A stretch of DNA of 64,000 nt from an uncultured Acidobacteriaceae bacterium. Lineage in GTDB: Bacteria > Acidobacteriota > Terriglobia > Terriglobales > Acidobacteriaceae. The notes under the pieces are model-generated. The model saw only the letters and a program-made list of their open reading frames with translations. It ran no database searches and was not told the origin of the DNA. Position numbers and translations under genes: made by a program. Positions within the stretch are counted from its first letter, which is position 1. Each line of letters begins with the position of its first letter. Shown in pieces: positions 57,852-64,000 of the stretch. The stretch lies in NCBI GenBank assembly GCA_963833875.1, contig CAWHZM010000002.1:1260104-1324103 (forward strand). The letters are read 5' to 3'.

Positions 57852-60800
57852 ATGGCATTGGCCGCTGTAGATCTGGCGCGCCGTAACTTTCTGCTTCGCT
57901 GTTGTCAGGGAGCTTCGCTGCTGATGCTTCCTGCAAGTTTTCCCGAACTGGATCCTCTCTCCAAGTTCGCCTCTGCTTCGATCCTTCCCGCCTCTTCGGA
58001 CGCTCCGTTTTATCTCCATCCTCGCTACCGGACCCGCAGCCCTCTCGACACAGCGCTGTTGAAGGTGCAGCCTGAGTTCGACGACTTTATCTGCGAGAAA
58101 TATCACCAGAGGCTTGCCGGGATTCTTGCGGAGTGGAGCGCGGCATGTCTTCAATCTCCCAAAAATCTGACGCCGATTGAAAAAGTTCTGGCCGAGGATT
58201 TCTTGGGATCGTCTCTGCGTGTAATCGATTCGGCGCCCTTGCGTCCGGGACCATTACAGATATTCCGCAACAAATTCGAATCCGCCCCGACTCTTCAACC
58301 CACTCTTTTCTTGGAGGAGTTGCGGGTGGTGATGACTCGGTTCAAACAGATTTATGTTGCTGAGTTCCAGGTGACAAGCATCGCGGTTAATTCAGGGGAT
58401 TCGCTCCCGCGGCTGAAGGTAAGAGTGCGCTACGAGTTCGTCGGTGGAGGCGAGGATTTCCACCGCGAGCAACGCGTTGGTCATTGGGATCTCGAATGGT
58501 ACGCATCTTCGTCCGAAGCTTCCGCCGAAGCGTCGCCCGCACCTTCGGGCAACTTTCGGCTGCGCAGGTGGCAGTGGATTGAGGAAACTCGCAGCCGCTC
58601 TGTGTCCTCGGCGTTTGTCGATGTCGCAGCGCAGGCCATCGGCGGCAATCGCTCCTATTCCGCCCAACTATTGCGAGGAACGGACTACTGGCGAACGGTT
58701 CTCGACGGCGCTTGCGGAATTGACATCTACGGCCACAACGGAATTTCAGCCGCGGATATCGACAACGACGGGTCGGACGACCTCTATGTTTGCCAGCCTG
58801 CAGGTCTGCCGAACCGCCTGTATCGAAATCGAGGAGACGGCACGTTCGAGGACGCGACCGAATCTTCAGGGCTTGGACTTCTGGAAAATACGGCGTGCGC
58901 GCTTTTCGCCGACTTCGACAATGCTGGGCGACAGGATGTGATCGTGGTGGGCACAAGCGGGCCGAAATTATTTCTCAACCAGGGTGGAGGCAGGTTTCGC
59001 ATGAAGCGCGATGCATTTCAGTTTGCAACTCCTCCGCAGGGCACCTTTACGGGCGCGGCAGTCGCCGATTATGACTGCGACGGGTGGTTGGACATTTACT
59101 TCTGTCTTTATACCTATTATCAAGGGACCGACCAGTACAAATATCCCGTCCCTTATCACGACGCTGAAAACGGACCGCCGAACTTTATGATGCGGAACAA
59201 TCGTGACGGCACGTTTCGCGACGTTACGGCGGAGTCTGGTCTCAGCCAGAACAATACCCGATACAGCTTCTGCTGCGGATGGAACGACTTCAACCGGGAC
59301 GGCTGGCCCGATCTCTATGTAGTGAATGATTTTGGCCGTAAAAATCTATACCGCAACAACGGCAATGGCACGTTCACCAATGTTGCAGCTCACGCTGGAG
59401 TGGAGGATATTGGCGCGGGGATGAGCATTTGCTGGCTGGACTACGATAATGATGCAAAAGAGGATTTGTATGTGGGTGACATGTGGACTGCCGCTGGAGA
59501 ACGCATCTCCACGCAATCACAATTCAAGAAAGATTCGCCCGCAGAAGTCCGAGCACAATATCGAAAGCACGCCACGGGCAATTCGCTCTTTAGAAATGCG
59601 AGTAGTACCACAGAGAGTACGTTTGACGATAAGACGGCGACCGCCGGAGTGGGTATGGGACGCTGGGCGTGGTCGAGTGACACTTTCGATTTCGATCATG
59701 ACGGTTTTCCCGACCTTTACATCACGAACGGAATGATTTCGGGCCCTTCGCGCGACGACCTGAATAGTTTTTTCTGGAGGCAGGTGGTAGCCAAATCACC
59801 CGATGAGCCCAGATCCTCCGCGGCTTACGAACAAGGGTGGAGTGCCATCAACGAACTGATTCGCGCGGATGGGACGTGGAGCGGTTTCGAGCGCAATGTT
59901 TTTTATGCCAATAACGGGGATGGAACTTTTTCCGACGTCTCCGGTGCATTAGGTCTGGATTTTCGGGAGGATGGTCGGGCCTTCGCTCTCGCCGATTTCG
60001 ATCGGGATGGCCGGCAGGAAGTGTTCCTGAAGAATCGCGATGCGCCACAATTGCGGATACTGAAGAACAGAATTGAAGATCTGCCTCCGTCCATCGCTTT
60101 CCGCCTGCGCGGCACAACGAGCAATCGCGACGCAATTGGAGCAGAGGTTACCGTCGAAAGCAGCGCGGGAGGACAGACTCACGCGCTGCAAGCAGGTTCG
60201 GGCTTTCTTTCGCAACACAGCAAAGAATTGTTCTTCGGGCTCGGCAAGAGCCTTGGACCGGTGAGGGCTTCAATCCGTTGGCCGAGCGGCCTTCGACAGG
60301 AGCTTCGCGATCTCCCACCCAATCACCGAATTTGGGTGGAAGAGGCCAGTCCAGATGTGAGAATTGAGCCCTTCAGCACAACCCAGTTTGCGAGTTCGCA
60401 GACTTCAAATGGCGAAGCTCGAGTCGAAGAGCTGCCGACTTCGTTCGATACCTGGCTGCTTGTGCCAGTCCCTGCCCCGGAGTGTTCTTTTTCGGATTTG
60501 CATGGAAAAACGCGAAGTCTGAGCGAGGCGAGAGGAAAACCGGCGCTCCTGAGTTTTTGGAGTTCGCAATCCTCAATTTGCCTTAAAGATTTGGAAGTGT
60601 TCAATCAGTCGTATTCGCGCTGGGCTGTCCACGGCCTGGAAGTGTTCTTCGTGAACGTTGACGACCCCCTCGACACCGCTAAATTGATAGCGCTAGCCCG
60701 GTCCCGTCATTTTTCCTTCCCCATTCTTACCGGCTCGGCCGATGTTGCAGCGATCTACAATCTTCTTTATCGCCATTTGTTTGACCGTCGCCGCGACCTG

Positions 60801-61736
60801 GCGTTGCCAATGTCCTTTCTGATCGATGCGCAAGGCCAGATCGTCAAGATATATCAAGGCTCAATTCATCGCGCGCAGGTGGAAGAAGATATCGAGAACA
60901 TCCCTCGAAGCCGCGCAGAGATTCTGGCGAGTGCACTGCCGTTCAGCGGAGCCGGGGAGACCTACGAATTTGGCCGCAATTATCTTTCCTTCGGATCGGT
61001 TTATTTCCAGCGGGGATATTTCGAGCAGGCCGAAGGCTCTTTCCGACTCGCGGTGCGCGAGGAGCCCTCGAGTGCGGAAGCCCGCTACGGCCTGGGCAGC
61101 GCTTTGCTCAGCCAAAACAAAAAGGATGAAGCGCGGGATAATTTTGAACGAGCGGTTAAGCTTCATGCCAGCTATCCCGACACGCTGGCGAATGCCTGGA
61201 ACAATCTCGGACTCATCAGCACACAAGAGGGCCGGACCGAAGAAGCAGTCCGATGCTTTCAGCAAGCGTTGCGCAACAGTCCCGATCATCTCATCGCTTT
61301 GAATAATCTGGGCAATGCCTATCGCTTGCAAAAGAATTGGGGTGCAGCTCGAAAAACATTCGAACGCGCGCTGGAAGTCAGCCCTTCAGATGCCGGGTCG
61401 AACTACGGATTGGCCATGGTGTTCGCACAGGCTGACGACAGCGCTCGCGCCTACGAGTACTTGCAAGCGGCGCTGAAATCCCGGCCGGATTATCCCGAAG
61501 CCCTGAATAATCTTGGAATCCTCTATCTGCGCACCAACCGGAGAGACTTGGCAGTCGCCAGCTTTGAAGAAAGTATTCGGGTTGCACCTGAGTTCGATCA
61601 GTCGTATCTGAATTTGGCGCGCGTGTATAGCATGGAGAATGATTCGGAGAAAGCTCGTGCCGTGCTGCTGGCTTTGCTCAAGCAACGCCCCGATAGCGCA
61701 GCGGCGAAAGGCATGCTCGCAGAACTTTCACGCTAG
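57852..61736 (+). CDS. Tat-signal FG-GAP/VCBS + ASPIC/UnbV (CRTAC1-like) protein fused to a thioredoxin-like redoxin domain and TPR repeats
   Basis: 1294-aa ORF. Twin-arginine DLARRNFLLRC; repeated D.DNDG..D FG-GAP units; UnbV-like RDAIGAEVTVES..GGQTHALQAGSGFLSQHSKELFFGLG; redoxin-like GKPALLSFWSSQSSIC; C-terminal TPR array. Confidence 0.85.
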   Translation: MALAAVDLARRNFLLRCCQGASLLMLPASFPELDPLSKFASASILPASSDAPFYLHPRYRTRSPLDTALLKVQPEFDDFICEKYHQRLAGILAEWSAACLQSPKNLTPIEKVLAEDFLGSSLRVIDSAPLRPGPLQIFRNKFESAPTLQPTLFLEELRVVMTRFKQIYVAEFQVTSIAVNSGDSLPRLKVRVRYEFVGGGEDFHREQRVGHWDLEWYASSSEASAEASPAPSGNFRLRRWQWIEETRSRSVSSAFVDVAAQAIGGNRSYSAQLLRGTDYWRTVLDGACGIDIYGHNGISAADIDNDGSDDLYVCQPAGLPNRLYRNRGDGTFEDATESSGLGLLENTACALFADFDNAGRQDVIVVGTSGPKLFLNQGGGRFRMKRDAFQFATPPQGTFTGAAVADYDCDGWLDIYFCLYTYYQGTDQYKYPVPYHDAENGPPNFMMRNNRDGTFRDVTAESGLSQNNTRYSFCCGWNDFNRDGWPDLYVVNDFGRKNLYRNNGNGTFTNVAAHAGVEDIGAGMSICWLDYDNDAKEDLYVGDMWTAAGERISTQSQFKKDSPAEVRAQYRKHATGNSLFRNASSTTESTFDDKTATAGVGMGRWAWSSDTFDFDHDGFPDLYITNGMISGPSRDDLNSFFWRQVVAKSPDEPRSSAAYEQGWSAINELIRADGTWSGFERNVFYANNGDGTFSDVSGALGLDFREDGRAFALADFDRDGRQEVFLKNRDAPQLRILKNRIEDLPPSIAFRLRGTTSNRDAIGAEVTVESSAGGQTHALQAGSGFLSQHSKELFFGLGKSLGPVRASIRWPSGLRQELRDLPPNHRIWVEEASPDVRIEPFSTTQFASSQTSNGEARVEELPTSFDTWLLVPVPAPECSFSDLHGKTRSLSEARGKPALLSFWSSQSSICLKDLEVFNQSYSRWAVHGLEVFFVNVDDPLDTAKLIALARSRHFSFPILTGSADVAAIYNLLYRHLFDRRRDLALPMSFLIDAQGQIVKIYQGSIHRAQVEEDIENIPRSRAEILASALPFSGAGETYEFGRNYLSFGSVYFQRGYFEQAEGSFRLAVREEPSSAEARYGLGSALLSQNKKDEARDNFERAVKLHASYPDTLANAWNNLGLISTQEGRTEEAVRCFQQALRNSPDHLIALNNLGNAYRLQKNWGAARKTFERALEVSPSDAGSNYGLAMVFAQADDSARAYEYLQAALKSRPDYPEALNNLGILYLRTNRRDLAVASFEESIRVAPEFDQSYLNLARVYSMENDSEKARAVLLALLKQRPDSAAAKGMLAELSR

Positions 61737-61783
61737 GCCGCAGTCGAGCTGCAGCCGCCCGTTTCGGCGCGTGGTTAAAACCG

Positions 61784-62365
61784 ATGTATCCAGTTATGCC
61801 GACCAATGTAGAAATCAAAGCAGTTCTAGTCGACCGCTCCGCCGTTGAAGCCATTGTGGCTCGCTTGTGCGATTCGGGGCCAGAGGTCATTCAGCAGGAA
61901 GATACTTTCTTCGCCTGCAAGGGTGGACGGTTGAAGCTCCGCATTCTCGCTCCCGACCGCGGCGAACTCATTCGCTATGAGAGATCAGATGTTGCCGAAG
62001 TGCGGGAATCGCACTATTCGATCGCCCGTACTTCCGACCCATTGATCTTACTCAATATTCTTACCTCCGCCCTCGGGAAAACCGGTGTAGTCCGGAAGAC
62101 TCGCACCCTGTACATGATCGGGCAGACGCGCATTCACCTGGATTCGGTTAAAGGTCTCGGAGATTATCTGGAACTCGAAGTCGTGTTGCGGCCGGGACAA
62201 AGTCGAATCGAAGGAAAAGCAATTGCCGACCAATTGCTCGCACAGTTCGGAATCGAAGAGCGGCACCTTCTCGCGGAAGCTTACGTCGATCTTCTGGCGA
62301 GGCTGGCTGGATCGGAGACATCACAATTGCGTGGCGTCGATGGCGGGAATAAACTGGCAAGCTGA
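61784..62365 (+). CDS. CYTH-domain protein (class IV adenylate cyclase-like)
   Basis: N-terminal NVEIKAVL, RLKLRIL, ELIRYER, RTLYMIGQTRIHLDSVKGLGDYLELEVV. The probable start is ATG 61796 (MPTNVEIK). Confidence 0.75.
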   Translation: MYPVMPTNVEIKAVLVDRSAVEAIVARLCDSGPEVIQQEDTFFACKGGRLKLRILAPDRGELIRYERSDVAEVRESHYSIARTSDPLILLNILTSALGKTGVVRKTRTLYMIGQTRIHLDSVKGLGDYLELEVVLRPGQSRIEGKAIADQLLAQFGIEERHLLAEAYVDLLARLAGSETSQLRGVDGGNKLAS

Positions 62366-62405
62366 TGCACTGCCGAACGTGAGTTTTCTCGATCATGTCC
62401 CTCTT

Positions 62406-64000
62406 ATGCGCCGCTTCTGCGTGATCAAGTCTTGCATCTTGATGATGGTTACAGTTTTCTTTGCCTTGCCGGCAGGATGCAAAACTTCACAGGAAGAGAG
62501 TACTGGAAAGTCCAGCCCCGTGCAGTCGGTTGGCTTATATGGCGTGGTTCGAGATTCGGATCATCGTCCGGTCGCAGGGGCTTTGGTTTGCCTTACATCA
62601 GTTAGCCAAAAAGTCTATGCCACCCAAACCGACGTAGCCGGAAACTATCGCTTCGAGTCCCTTCCACCTGGCTCTTATTCCCTTATTGCGGAGATGGATG
62701 GAAAAGAAAGAGCAGCGGCTGGACCTTTCATACTGAGAGCCGAAGAATCACTCGCATTTGACCTCGCACTCGATTCTAGAAAAGAGAAGGATACGCATAA
62801 TTCGTCTGCCGAAAATTTTAACTTCTCCGACGAAGTGCACTTCACGGTGGCGGGCGTCGCCGATACCACGAACTTTGGCGGACACGGATCAAGCGTGGCT
62901 GCGATTGCCAATAAGGAAGCTGTAGCTGAGGCAGTCGCGGGGCTAAGTGGGACGCCGATTGGCGGATCGGCAGCGAACTCTCCAGGCTTCGCGGATTCCG
63001 AAAACTCTCTCCGCGATGCGGCTTCGAGCAATCCCACTTCTTTTGAGGCCACTTATCGGCTGGGCAAGTGGTTCGTCGACCATGGCAAGCCGCAGGAAGG
63101 CATTCAGTATTTGAAACAGGCGAATTTGCTTCGTCCCAACGATTACAACGATGGCTACGAACTAGCGCTTGCCTACGCGAAAAGTGGCGATTACAAGTCA
63201 GCCCGCCTTGACCTTAACCTTCTTCTGGCAATCTCGAACCAGCCTCCCGAAGAATCTGCTGAACTCCATCACTTGCTGGGTGACATTGAGGAAGCGTCGG
63301 CCAATCCTCTTCAGGCCGTCCACGAATATGAGGAAGCGGCGAACCTGAATCCGACCGAGCCGAATCTCTTCTCCTGGGGCGCGGAACTGCTGCTCCATCA
63401 CGCAGCTGCGCCCGCGATCGAAGTCTTCAGCAAAGGAACTCGCTTGTTTCCTCGTTCGGTTCGAATGCTGGCTGGGCTCGGAGCTGCGTGGTATGCGCTG
63501 GGCTCCTACGATCCTGCAATGAAACGTTTGTGCCAGGCATCGGCTTTGGATCCCACCGATCCTGATCCCTATCTATTGATCGGAAAGATCCAGGATGTTC
63601 AGGCCGAGGAGTCTCCATGCGTGACCGACGCGCTGGGCCGCTTTGCGAAGCTGGAGCCAGCGAACGCACAGGCTAATTATTATTTTGCTGTCGCTCTGGT
63701 GAAACAACAGAAATTATCAATCGACGCCCAAGACCTATCACGAGTGCAGTCGTTGCTGGAAAAAGCCATCCATCTCGATCCGAAGCTAGCGGATGCACAT
63801 CTCGAGTTAGGCATCGTCTATTCCCGGCAAAAGGATTTGCCGCGGGCTATTTCCGCTTATCGCGAGGCGATTGCTACAGAGCCTTCTCTCGAACAAGCGC
63901 ACTACCGCCTGGCGCTGGCCTATCGTGAGAGCGGAGAAGTCGCTAAAGCCCGATCCGAGTTACAGCTTTATCAGCAGATTTCGAAAGAAAAAGAGAAAGG
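62406..64000 (+). CDS. CarboxypepD_reg-like domain + TPR lipoprotein, 5' part (runs off the window end)
   Basis: Not in the ORF track because no stop is reached. ATG 62406 gives MRRFCVIKSCILMMVTVFFALPAGC (lipobox). Then GVVRDSDHRPVAGALVCLTS...TDVAGNYRFESLPPGSYSL, then TPR-like repeats (...LELGIVYSRQKDLPRAISAYREAIATEPSLEQAHYRLALAY). Confidence 0.75.
   Translation, partial: MRRFCVIKSCILMMVTVFFALPAGCKTSQEESTGKSSPVQSVGLYGVVRDSDHRPVAGALVCLTSVSQKVYATQTDVAGNYRFESLPPGSYSLIAEMDGKERAAAGPFILRAEESLAFDLALDSRKEKDTHNSSAENFNFSDEVHFTVAGVADTTNFGGHGSSVAAIANKEAVAEAVAGLSGTPIGGSAANSPGFADSENSLRDAASSNPTSFEATYRLGKWFVDHGKPQEGIQYLKQANLLRPNDYNDGYELALAYAKSGDYKSARLDLNLLLAISNQPPEESAELHHLLGDIEEASANPLQAVHEYEEAANLNPTEPNLFSWGAELLLHHAAAPAIEVFSKGTRLFPRSVRMLAGLGAAWYALGSYDPAMKRLCQASALDPTDPDPYLLIGKIQDVQAEESPCVTDALGRFAKLEPANAQANYYFAVALVKQQKLSIDAQDLSRVQSLLEKAIHLDPKLADAHLELGIVYSRQKDLPRAISAYREAIATEPSLEQAHYRLALAYRESGEVAKARSELQLYQQISKEKEK

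Noticed and set aside
57774-58154. 126-aa minus-strand ORF overlapping the start of the 1294-aa gene
   Set aside because: It is antisense to a strongly supported gene and basic low-complexity in sequence. Part of it would occupy the promoter region.

Overview
The window is a cell-envelope polysaccharide super-locus. I found no rRNA, tRNA, CRISPR array, transposase or integrase. Several protein architectures (PAP2-Wzi fusions, multi-SLBB Wza-like exporters, a Tat-signal FG-GAP/ASPIC-redoxin-TPR giant, CarboxypepD_reg-TPR lipoproteins) suggest an Acidobacteriota-like Gram-negative; that is inference from memory, not a search result.

Two Wzx/Wzy-type loci lie back to back. Locus 1 (about 0.3-29.3 kb) has a lower-GC core and a full gene set: priming phosphotransferase, PAP2-Wzi, Wzz-like, Wzx, Wzy-like, GT2/GT4 transferases, methyltransferases, Rmd/Gmd, a sulfotransferase and a Wza-like exporter. 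At least nine of its genes are broken by frameshifts: wzz-like, B12-radical SAM, GT2, arylsulfotransferase-like, WbsX-like, beta-helix protein, gmd and wza-like. One apparent in-frame TAG is also present.

Locus 2 (about 30.0-56.9 kb) is GC-rich across its main operon. It starts at a divergent promoter region. On the minus strand are a 1204-aa Wza-like exporter, a second PAP2-Wzi fusion and a lipoprotein. On the plus strand, a degenerate receiver protein and a NusG paralogue lead about 17 kb of tightly packed, often overlapping genes. These are wzz-like, methyltransferases, wzy-like, GT2, wzx-like, GT4, RfbC-like, SDRs, a frameshifted RfbD-like gene, a small priming transferase, a GmhA-like isomerase, a catalytically degenerate large phosphotransferase homologue, an HddA-like kinase and a HAD phosphatase.

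The right flank holds an atypical LuxR-type response regulator, the 1294-aa Tat-signal protein, a CYTH/class IV adenylate cyclase-like gene and a partial CarboxypepD_reg-TPR lipoprotein.

The most interesting items are:
- the duplicated PAP2-Wzi fusion
- the NusG-paralogue plus pseudo-receiver operon head
- the DE->SE pseudo-phosphotransferase
- a possible modified-heptose pathway
- whether the many frame breaks are real decay, phase-variable homopolymers or assembly error

All calls come from reading the translations and DNA by eye. No searches or computations were run.
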